Positions 1-18,300 of a stretch of 64,000 nucleotides of DNA are shown here, one piece after another. The number at the start of each line of letters is the position of its first letter. Position 1 is the stretch's first letter. The notes beneath the pieces are model-generated. The model saw only the letters and a program-made list of their open reading frames with translations. It searched no databases and was not told the origin of the DNA. The stretch is taken from contig CM082576.2 of NCBI GenBank assembly GCA_040954595.2, positions 1,164,648-1,228,647 on the forward strand, written 5' to 3'. A program made the position numbers and the translations under genes. The DNA is from Balanoglossus misakiensis (lineage: Eukaryota > Animalia > Hemichordata).

Positions 1-59
1 TTTAAGCTCATCAACAGACACTCCTGAAGAATAAAATGTAAAAACTATCAGTGACTCAC

Positions 60-3000
60 CTGAAGTGTAAGATGGGATTTGGTATGTTTGGTGTCTTGTC
101 ATCGAATGGTTCAATGATCAAACTAAAACCTGTGTATCAGATGACATGTGAGACCTGAGTTATGACCCATGAGATATACCGGGGTGAACAAAAGCAGTGG
201 TTTATGGCTGAATCTCTCTTCAGAAACAAATACTCAATCAACATGACCACAAAATCAGTAATTGACATTCGTAAAACCACAGGGAGTACCAAACGTTCTC
301 AACATGCGAGTGTCTATTTACTCACCTTTAGTGTAGGTACTAACAAGTGTAGCAAAGTTAGCCACCAAAGAAATGGCTGAAAAGTCACTGAGGTCTGATA
401 GCTCTAACGTCCTGAGCAAAGAATGCAGTCTTTCAGCAGAAAACCTGAAACATAACAAAAGAAGCAAAGCACAAAATCTTTTGTAAGAAATGTGATGGGG
501 TACAATGGAATAATAGATGCCAATGCCAACCCTATCCCTAACACTAGTGCTTACTGCCAAATGACAGCACACTTTTTACTAGACATCCTAAAATTTTCTT
601 CCGTTTTGTTTCAAATAAGTCTGAAATGAAATACCTAAGAGGTTTCCTTTCAATGCAAACTTTAGCGTACACATCCTTCAAAAACGAGGGAGGGCTCTCT
701 GACACAACATGCTGTACTCTAAGTCTGGTTTTCAGATATTCTGAAAATCTCCTGATGAAGCCAACAAAATGTTCAGCATTCCTAATATTGCCAGGTACAG
801 CCTCTGAAAATTGAAAACAAAAGTTCTTACAGTTTCATCAATGTTCCCTCCTTTGGGAAAATCATGCAAATGTGTTGTTTTTGTAAGTCTGTTGATGTTA
901 TATACAGAGGAGAATGAAAATACGGATATTACAAGTATTCACAAACAGCAAAGATAGAGAGGAGAAATCTACCTTGCAATATTTCATCTGGCAACACAGG
1001 ATTGGCCAGTTGAACATCTGTTTCCCTAGCAACACTGGCTTCTCTCAGACCTTCAACCAATCTGTGGTATTCTTGTCTTAAACGATTTGCATCTTTCTCT
1101 TTAATTCTAGAAGACATGAAAGACATTGAAGAGGCATGCAAACTGATCTGTGAAATGTGTTATGTCAGCTAGATCTTGTTGTGTCTTGTTTTTAACTCAG
1201 AAAAGAGAAATGAATGTAGTATATACCAAGATGTTCAGCTTTTGAAGCATCACCAGTAGCTAGATATACTGTAGATGACTTACTTAGATATTGCCGTCTG
1301 TAGAGTTTCAATGTTGGTTTGACATCTGTCTAATACTCTCCTGGTTATGTTCACACTCAATGAATCTATGCATACATTATCTACAAATCAAAATACAATT
1401 AGTCTTAGGGATACAGTTTGAAGTAAATATCAGATAATCACTGCAGTGCCTCTGAGCCTATGATTCAACATGAGACACATACTAGATACAAGAAAACATT
1501 TTACTTTGCAGATGTAGAACATTTATAACAACAGGAACTCATGTCTCCCTGAGAAATGAGTGGAGTGGTGGGGACAAATGTACATGCATCTCACTCTGCC
1601 CTTGTGAGATGTGAAGCATACTTGCTGATACATACCAATGTTATGAGCTTCATCAAACACCACCACACAATTCTTGGCAAGATCTTTAGAAACAACATCT
1701 GCTATTTTTGGATCCAGTAAGTAATGATAGCTGTAGACAACGACATTTGCATGTAAAATCTGGAATGAAGAGAGTAGAGCAGTGATGAACTGATTTTATC
1801 ACTAGTAGTCATGTTCTATACTGGAGGCCTAGTGCTGATGTATAGTTTGCATGAGTGTGGTGCATAAACAGACACTCTCTCCCTCTTAGAAACACACCAA
1901 TTTCTGCCAAACAAGGGAAAATAACTTACTGAATATCTAGCCAGAAAATACGGACACCAATTCCGTTCTCTTCCATACTCTTTTAAGTCATCAATACTGT
2001 AAATACCAGATGGTATTGGAGTCTCTCTACCAATGGCATCAAAATCCTGGGAAAACAAACCCACAACAAGTTTTGTGCTATTTCATGTGGTTGCTCCATC
2101 AATTGTCACTTTGGTTAACTTTAAGTCGATGACACTGATTCACCCCCATGATATGGTAGACATGTTTCATGTTCTTACCTCGTAAAAGGAACACACAGGC
2201 ACACTAGGATCATGTCTATTTTTCTCCCTCACATGTGATGCTGTCAGACTGAAGCATCTACTGTCAACTATCTTGCCCAGGTTTTCTCTGCTGACCTACA
2301 ACACCAAGGTCAAATGTCATTAATGTGTTTGTTATTAATCAAAACAGAGTGCTTCACACTTTTCTATTTGGGTCTTTTCAGGGAAATGATGTCCTTTAAA
2401 TAACTTGTGTGGTAGATGTGTATGTTGTTTATTTCCCTCAAAGGTCAGACGACATCTGATTCAAAGACCTCCACATGTTCTCATGAAAGCAATACAACAA
2501 ACCTGTCTATACCTCTGGATGAATGCACAGGTTTTTCCTTGATGTTAACGCCAGACCTAAGATGTTAGAGTCTTCTCCTGTTTCATTCTTATAGTATTCC
2601 ATTAAATTCTTCAGTTCTTCCAGAGCCTTTTTGTTCAGGACAAACAATACAGAACAGAAGAAAGATTGTCAGTAGTGAGGTAATATCAATTTATATATAA
2701 TCGGGTTCACTCTGCATTACCGGGAAAAAGTTCTGTAATGGTGCCCTCATAGCATGACCCAAGCTCAGGTATTTATTAAACTAAAAGGAACACTACAAAC
2801 CAAACAGTTTTGATACAGACCTTTTCTATTTCTGGGACTGTTCTCGAACAGTAGACAAGTTTTGTGACATCCAAAGGATGTGCTTTCTGGTAAGCTATGA
2901 TGAGTGACAGCAATGATACTGTCTTACCAGTGCCGGATGGCATCTCAAGTACGCAGTGACCCTTGAATAAAGAAAAAAGAGAATTGCAAATGCATCCAGT

Positions 3001-3434
3001 CCTACTAAGATATCAAGATATCAAACAACAGGAAACAATACATCAAGTACAATTCTATACTTCAACAAAATCACTACATCAAATTATAGTCTCTGCAGGG
3101 GCAAAAGTATTTGGTTCCACCACAAATACCATATTGCTTTTTTTGGTAAGAGTTATGCTTCATGTAATATATGGAACACTGCCTACCTTGGCATCAAGGG
3201 TTCTCTTTAACTCTTGCATATAAGTGTATTGTTCTGGATAAATATAGTCATATGGGAAATATACCAATAACCCATCGATGTTCAACCTAGACAAATAACA
3301 AAGAGCATTGCATGAGACCTGGTCGGTATATTAAGTGGTGGATTGAATTTTCCTTCATAAATTCAGATAAAAGCTTTTAGCAGAAGGAATAACTACATTG
3401 TACTTTCATGATAATCATGATGATGATGATCAAA

Positions 3435-3505
<71 letters not shown>

Positions 3506-3588
3506 GATGGTGGTGGTGGTGGTGGTGGTGGTGGTGGCAGTGGTGATGGTTGTCATCGTCATCATTGCTGTCACCGTCGTCGTCGTCG

Positions 3589-3653
<65 letters not shown>

Positions 3654-3723
3654 TTTGATCATTATCTATAGGCATATGAACATAGGAACAAAAGCTTCCC
3701 TGTAAAACATTGACTTACTTCAT
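60..3723 (-). CDS. ERCC2: TFIIH helicase subunit XPD (ERCC2), 5' part; gene continues beyond the left window edge
   Basis: Exons (minus strand), all with GT-AG boundaries and continuous frame: 3723-3719, 3286-3187, 2961-2821, 2626-2513, 2295-2179, 2046-1930, 1759-1636, 1380-1284, 1106-973, 803-635, 444-326, 129-60. Translation begins [22 protein letters not shown]. It contains Walker A (EMPSGTGKT), [12 protein letters not shown], four Fe-S cysteines (LCIHPE, SRCF, VCSFYE, WCPYF), DEAH ([10 protein letters not shown]) and [13 protein letters not shown]. Confidence 0.97.
3422..3666. repeat. Compound trinucleotide microsatellite forming a fold-back inverted repeat, in ERCC2 intron 1
   Basis: (GAT)3-CAAA-(GAT)23 ... 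(GGT)9 ... (GTC)5-(ATC)21-TTTG-ATCATTATC. The unique CAAA/TTTG interruptions mirror each other. Confidence 0.95.
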
Positions 3724-4123
3724 GTTGTCTTTGCTTCAGGTAGATTGCTATAGCATTCGGCCAACAATCTCAGTTGAAGTAGCGTGTCAAAAATTAAAGA
3801 AATGCCGACGATCGCTGCACCTCCGCGATCCTCCACGAACTGCTGAAGTTGTGAAAATAAAGTGCGTTCACATGGTTGACCTTTGACCTGGAAGTTTTCT
3901 TTTAGACCCTTTAGCTCTACGATCTTAAATGTAGAAAGTCAATAAAATCAGAGAAGCAAACCCATTATTATAAACTATAAGCATTCCTAGGAGCTCGACA
4001 ACGTCTTAGTACCTTTCTACACGTATTCTGTAGCACTAATATCAAGTAAATGTATCACATGCAACGTGAATGAAAATCTCAACTATTTAGAGCAGCTTAG
4101 AGAGTACTGTAGCAGACATCATC
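3724..4123. promoter_or_regulatory. Putative bidirectional promoter and 5' UTRs of ERCC2 and PEX6
   Basis: Divergent ATGs at 3723 (minus) and 4124 (plus) are separated by 400 bp. The gap is locally CpG-enriched relative to the introns. Confidence 0.75.
3877..3889 (-). promoter_or_regulatory. Perfect nuclear-receptor DR1 element (AGGTCA-A-AGGTCA)
   Basis: TGACCTTTGACCT on the plus strand, followed closely by an ETS-like GGAAGT. Function is untested. Confidence 0.45.
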
Positions 4124-11302
<7,179 letters not shown>

Positions 11303-11550
11303 AAGTGAATGTTCGTGGAAATAACTATAAGACATGCAGACATGCTCATGTCATATTGACTTTCTCCTATGAAAGCATCCCCACTGAGAGCAAATAATAA
11401 AATAATGTAAAACAAATTATATGTGTTTTTATAATGGGAACGATGTAAGACATGTCATAAATTTGAGCAAGTTCTTTTGCTATTCCTTTTTTCTGATGTA
11501 CAAATTATGCAATTGTAAGACAGTTTCCAAGTGTTGGTATACATAACAGC

Positions 11551-11556
11551 AATAAA
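11551..11556 (+). terminator. Candidate PEX6 polyadenylation signal
   Basis: AATAAA followed about 25 nt later by a GT/T-rich tract (CTGGTGGTTTTTCTTTGG). A second AATAAA lies at 11396-11401. Confidence 0.5.
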
Positions 11557-11697
11557 TTGAATCATAATTTTTACTAATGACTGGTGGTTTTTCTTTGGAC
11601 GCAGAAGATGAAAAGTATCCTACAGTTATCAAATAATCGAACATTGTTTATTGTCTATGTCCACGTGTCCATGTTTGTGGTCGGCAATCATCATGTC

Positions 11698-11711
11698 TAG
11701 CGCCCTCTGAT
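11698..11711 (-). promoter_or_regulatory. CTCF-like motif between PEX6 and the ITPK gene
   Basis: TAGCGCCCTCTGAT; its reverse complement contains AGAGGGCGCTA, which resembles the CTCF core. The same 11-mer recurs at 56203-56213. Confidence 0.4.
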
Positions 11712-11719
11712 CATTTGAT

Positions 11720-12329
11720 CAACCTATATTTGCATAACAATACATTCATGCTTTAGTGCTAAGTAGGCTGGACGCCGTGAACGTTTCTGTTGTCTGTGGT
11801 ATCAGCGTCAACGAGAGGTACGAAGTCTTTCCGCAATATTATTTTCATTCATACATATTGGGTCAGCTTGAGAGTCCGAACGCAACAATCTTCAGGTTGG
11901 GTCAAAGTCAATGTGTACTTGTTTCCTGTCACAGTTTCCCATGAAAACGGAAAGGTGTTGCCCGCCTATGTTAACATGTTAACAACTGACTCCACTGAGA
12001 AGTGTACTGCTACAATGCGGAAGGAGCGGTCGACGGACGTGACCTGCTGTTCGCACCCGATAAGAGACAAATAATTCTCGCGTTATACTGGTTGCCTGGA
12101 TTTAAGAGATTCATGAACAGCGCAGGTTTAAAACATTGGAGGTGATATTTAATTTTTTGTAATCATTTTCTTTAATACATTCTTGGCTACATTCATAAAT
12201 CAAGTATATGAACAATATTATATTTAGTCACAATGTGCCATGCCTGGGTAAAGATGACTCCGTTTCAACGTACTGCAAAAATCCTTGCTATACTTTGTAT
12301 TGCTGTTAGTGTGCAATGCAGCAGCGTCA
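11720..12329 (+). promoter_or_regulatory. Probable promoter and 5' UTR region of the long ITPK isoform
   Basis: CpG-enriched stretch between the PEX6 poly(A) signal and the ATG at 12330, with an octamer ATTTGCAT near 11728. A small UTR intron ending at TGTTAG (12309) is possible but unconfirmed. Confidence 0.4.
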
Positions 12330-15300
12330 ATGGTTCGTCGTTCTAACTTACAAACAATCCAAACTGTTAGTTCTACAAACAGGGGGCCAAGTTGCCAAGA
12401 GATCAGCATTATGGACGAACGACCCACAGCTTCGTTTAGCTCATTGACAGGGAGACGATCCCCGAGCCCATCGCGTCGAGAATATGAAACGATGGCTTTT
12501 CCTAGCAGTAGAAGAAATCATCTTTCTCCAGACGACTGTCAGGAAAGACCCTACAGATATAGGAGTTCGTCTCCAGTAAGTATTAGGATCACCCCAGGAA
12601 GTGTTAAGCAGAAAAAAGACGCCTTGGAATCTGCGTTCTACCTTTCGTCGACGAGTCCACGTAGTAGATCGCCCACCCAAGCATCAACTTCACCGAAACA
12701 GAATTCTCCGCGATCCTTTGGCTCAAGTCCCAGGGGTTCTCCGACCTTTTATGATTTCAGCACACATTCATCTCCGGGAACCACCGAAAAATTCAGATCA
12801 AGCAGAGAATCTTCACCCATTGGTCGCGATTATTCAACAAGTCCACGCAGTGTTTCCAGCACGGCGTCTCCGCTCGGCACACCAACGACCACTACTGTGA
12901 ATGCTGATATGTGTGTTGGCTCTCCAGCCAGTGAGAGACCAAAGAGTCCGCGATCACTGCGACTCAATTTGGATTCTTATAACACCATGAACGCAATGTT
13001 CGAACCAGAATCGGCATCAAAGTTCACTCAACTGAAGATCTCCCCAACCAATAGCCTCAGCAGTGGATATGAAAGTGGCAAATACTCAGGAACACCTATT
13101 AACCTCAGCCCAATGTGTTCCTCACCTGTTCATCATGAATTTCCTGAAATTGACAAAGAAACAGAGGTTCTGGAATCTGCAAGTTCAAAGAAACTCGCAC
13201 ACAAGCCCAGTGAAAGCAGTGGAAAACCAAGTAATTTCTTAACAGTTGACTTCAGACTCAGATCTAATCGCTCCACCAGGAAGGCCTCTGCCAAAACAAC
13301 TCGTTCCAAATCATGCTCTGAGGTCGACAGAGTCTCTGACAAAAGTGAAGCAATTCATGGAAATGGCAGAACTTGGTCAGCTGATCAGAAAGATGATAAA
13401 AGAGCGCAAATCTCAGATGCGCTCGCAACATCCTCCAACACCAGTCAACTAGACAAAGTAAAATTAAAGATATCTACCCCAGTTGCCATGGAAACAACTC
13501 TCTCATCATTGAATTCAAAACTGGAAGCCTGTCAGAGAGACCAGAGTGAGAGGATGGGATTAGCTGAGGCTGCAGCAGAGAAGACACTTTCAGTGGGGAC
13601 ACCAGAACGTCAAAATGTTGCCATAAGTGAAAATACCACTCAAGGAAAAACACAAGGAGATGGAAAAACAGGAAATTGTCCAGATATATCAGAACAAAAG
13701 GTGAAATTTACCGTCGGTGATAATTATGTCGGAAATGCTTCAAGTCAGGAAATGTCCAAAGAAGAAGAAAAAATGCCTGTGAAAAGATCAAGTCACTACA
13801 AGATTCTTCTGCGTTCCCACCATGTGTGCATGGATAGTTTGGACTCTGATGTCTCATCTCAGGCTTCATTATCAACATCCATTGAAGAGATGACGTCTCC
13901 AACTAACAAAGTAGGTTTTGGACAAAACAATGGTGCTGAAAAATCTACAGAATCGGCGACAACCCACAATGACGTCAGAAATGGCCAGGTTTGGGCAACA
14001 ACTCATAGACAAGACAAAATCCCCAAATTGGAGAAAAGTGACACCTTGAATGTGCCTCAACAAAGTGATGATTTGTTGGAACGTAAGCCAACACCAAAAC
14101 TGGGACAGTTATCAAACCCTTCTTCTGGCAGTTCTAGCCAGGAGAGACCAGTCACGCCTGCTGTCATTATAAGTGTTCATGGTAATGATGATGAAGTTGA
14201 AGAGAATAGCGACAAGAAAACTGACTATGTTTGGAACAGGAATGGGAATAGGAACAGTATGTTGGGACCAAGCGAAGACTGGCAGGACATTCCACGAATT
14301 GGTACTTTGTCTCGCAAACTCTCAAGCGCCAGCACCATTTCAACTCTTAGTCGAGATGATTCAGAAGATTATATTAGTAGTGATGATGTTATTACTCCAG
14401 ATGGTGAACCAGGAATGGTAAGTGCTGTTGGATTTTCTCTATTTCAGCTAACCTGTTACTCTGGAAATATTCAGTCCTGTGTGGGCGCTCCAGCTCGTTG
14501 CCTAAGACCCTTTCTAGGCATTGCCGGAGCTCCTGCAAATGACTGAATCTTTCAATCTACTAACCTGTCACCTCTCCATGAAGGGAATGGTGTACTGTTT
14601 ACCACTTGCAGAATAATATGCAGGTCATTTACCATTTACCGGTTGATGCAGTATCCCATATTCGCCTATTAATTGAAAATAGTACAGCCTGATTGGCCAG
14701 ACTGATGTATTCAGCCTACCAATAAGAAAGTTATGTTCAAATCATAAATGTTCTCATCAAGCTGTGATACATGCATCAACAGAAAAAACGGAATGACCAT
14801 AAATGACTTGTTTGTTGAATTTTATGAGGAAGTCGCCATTTATGATCAGGTGGAAGTTGTTCTAGTGTAACTGGGTATGAGGGATTTTTTTATAACTCTA
14901 TGCAAGTTCTCTTTCCAAAAAAGATTTTGTGGAGCTATTAATTATTGACTCAAAATTCAGGGTTTAACTGTCAACATAACTTGTACATCAGACTACCATA
15001 AGAACTTGGTCTTTAGATCCCTTAGCATCATTACTGTAAGGAATTGCACTCTCTACTTGTGGTTGAAAATAGAGTTTCTCAACAAAATAATGAGGGATCA
15101 TCTGTCACATGCTTTGAACAGAAGGATTAAACTTGTCTCCTGCTTTCTGTGTGACTCCAATCAAAGCACTAATAGGCAAGTTTGAATCTTGCACTGTGTA
15201 ACGTTTACATAATATTGCCACAAGTATGCTGGTAGTATATTGAGAACACAAATACTTCAGACATGCACAGAGATGACCTTCTTTGAGTAACAAGGGCCAG

Positions 15301-18300
15301 GATGTGATACATAAAAAACAGATGCACAGATGTGAGGGACTTTTGTCCCTAGAGTTACAAATGGACATGAATCCAGGTATACCTCTATGATAATGTGAAT
15401 TTCTGTTCAACCCGTTGTTTGGGTTAGATTGGCTGACAACCACTTGTGATTGTAGTTGCAGATAGCAGAAGATCACAAACAGCTCCCATGAAATAAAAAT
15501 AACTTTGGTATTGTCAAAATATAGCAGCATTTGTCTCTTTCAAGGTGCACTGTGGAGATTGAACATTATTTCAAACCCACCATTATTTCAGCTTTGATTC
15601 CTGATACATAGAACTAACACAGCAATTGTTAACAATTGGCTTGCATTATACATGTATGGTGTGAAATGGTAGTTTTTAACCAGTATGTGACCTGTTTATT
15701 TGAAGCAGCCACAGTTTATTTGATCATCTTTTTACGTCAATGATTTGATTCAGCAACGGTTTATTTGATTCAGCAAATGTGTGATGATACTGTAGTGACT
15801 AATCAAATTGTTCACCCCCCAGTTTCAATTGCACTGTGAAAAATTTAACAAATCTGACAGTTTCATAAAATAGTTTTATGTGGTTAAATCTTTACATATT
15901 GTATTTGAATTCTATGAAATGTACATACTCATGTACAACAATTCTATAAATAGAAGCTGAAAGTCAACAACAAACAGATGATATATCACTAAAATAAATG
16001 CAAATGATATTATCACCAGGATATACATGTACTACACACATATCACAAGATATGGCTCCCATTTCTAGCTTTGTGTAGGTCAGAGTTGAATGCCACAGTA
16101 TCCCACAAAAGAAGCTATCTGCATTTGACTTGTAGATACATGTACAGCGTAGTTCTTACAAAAATGAATATTTCACCCACTGGCCTGTTAAGTAATATAT
16201 TACAATTGGTGTTAAAAGTCATCAGAATGTTCATCGCATGCAAAGAGAGTGGTATTAAAAGAAATCAAATGGGCAGAAAATCAATATCTTCATGTTTGGT
16301 GATAAAATGACTGTCAGAGTTGTTTACTATCAATTCAGAATGCAAATTCAATTTGCCAGTAGCTTTTAATCCAAGCTGTCAGAACCAATATGTCAAAATT
16401 ATATAAACGGCATCAATTTAGAGATTTAATATTTTATCTCCTTGCATCACATATGTTACATACAATGGATTGACTGCACAAGTAGGGGTTGGTGAAGTGG
16501 ATGATTTGTACACAGTGATAACATCTATAGCATGGTAATGATGCATTAAATTAGGGCAGCTAGGTTGGAGATAAGAGTGGACAAAAACAACAGGCTATTC
16601 CCAACTGGATACTTTCGCCCCAAAGGAACACCTTCTGCCATCCCTCTCCACTTTAACAATTACCTCCCCCTCCCTCCCGGTTTCACAGCGCCCGATTTTA
16701 AGATTTTGCTGAATATTTTTGAGCTTAGCTGCAACCCTGGGGAAGGCATACAATGACGTTTATTGACTCTGTGATTTCTTATCTCTGGATAGCAGGAGTG
16801 CAGTCTATTCTTGGAGTCCTTCAGACGTCTTGATATCACTATTAGAAAATGTAGAGGTATCAAAGTCTGGTCCTTTCTGTCAAGTGAACATATATCATGA
16901 TCAAAGTATGTTATCTGCTATCCAGATTACTAACTTTGATAATGGTGAGAGTGTCCAGCTATGGCTTTGTCAACTCTCTGCCTTAAAAAAAATGTTGAGG
17001 TCTGCAATTCCAGTTAGGACTACACTAAAATCAGGTACTTTAAGAAGACAGTTATCATGACAGATATTGCTCTGGGAGAACACTGCACATTCGATTCTTT
17101 GAAGTGTGGGTCATTTTATGTCTTTAATGTAATATATTAAATGTAAAATTAAAATGACATGTTATGTAAATGTATTATAATAATATTATATGACATTGTA
17201 TTTGAATGGACTGAAAAGCAGATGACAGAGATATTTACATACTGGGCTTTTACTTTGGGTGTAATTAAAAACCTGCAAGCCTGCTGCAGGCAAAACAGCA
17301 TTTTATAACTTCTGAAATGAAACAGAAATATGAAATCAAATTAATTTAATGTGAATAAACAGCCACTTGACGCAGACTGACACACTCTTAAAATGAATCT
17401 TTAGCAGTTATGAAGGTCAAATGTTCAGAAGATATTTCTGAGGCTTTTCAAATTGTCTATGGCTTCCGATGTTCGCAGGTCTGATTGTCAATCAACTAAC
17501 GCTCAGTCACTGCATGCGTCAGCTGTTTCTGAAAACTAGAGTTTCCCTTTTAATTTGTCTGAAGGTGGCAGTGGGAGAGACCAAATATTCTATCAGATTA
17601 ATATCTAAATAAGTTGAATATTAAATAGCTATTGTCATGATAGTGAGATGAATTATTATGATGACTTATCTTTTGATTGGCATTCATGATGGGCATTAGA
17701 TTATTTACAGATATCTGTATCAGAGCTAAGAAAACAGAAGAAGGTTTTGGGGTGGTGTGTGATATCTATCCTCATTAGTATCATGCACACTACATGTGTA
17801 TCTACTGGTTTGATTACCTTTTGATACCATTTTGTATGGAAAAGCCATCAGAGATGTAGTATTGGCTGCCTCAACTGAAGACATAATTGCCTATTGGTTT
17901 AACACTATGCCGTACTGTAGTTATTGAAGGATCGATCACCAATGATAACCAATTGATATAAGGTTTGTTGAGAAGTTGGAATCAGCAGAAATCAATGGGT
18001 TATTTGCTGTAAATTTTGATAGTTTTGTTCTGTGTTTCTTGTTGTACGTACTACGTACGCCAAGTTGAAAGAACCAGTATTTAGCTGGTCATACAGATCA
18101 CAGTCTACTGTATGCAAAGCCACTGGTTTTCTTCTGTCTTTGTTATGAGAATTCCTGTTAAACTTTACGTTGGCAATCTGAATACAGGACATTAACTCAA
18201 GTGTTCTCCCCAGGAATTTCTGATAGAGTATTGGCTAATTAGCATATTAATACAATGGGTTGTTATGGTAATGAGTTTGTTGTTTTTCCAAAATTAAAGG

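Noticed and set aside
1-24. Apparent minus-strand splice acceptor (TTCTTCAG) near the left edge
   Set aside because: It would give an intron of only about 35 nt, and the following sequence does not encode the expected XPD continuation (CMDAS...). The next exon lies outside the window.
3377-3671. Three ORFs with poly-M, poly-D, poly-H and poly-I tracts
   Set aside because: They are translations of the intronic trinucleotide microsatellite, not proteins.
12285-14546. 753-aa ORF as a stand-alone single-exon gene
   Set aside because: It starts at TTG, and its tail after 14417 reads through a consensus GTAAGT donor. It is better explained as ITPK exon 1.
15105-15530. 141-aa minus-strand ORF and other 60-120 aa ORFs in the ITPK and CCDC85 introns
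   Set aside because: No recognisable domains, intron-like composition and no supporting splice structure.
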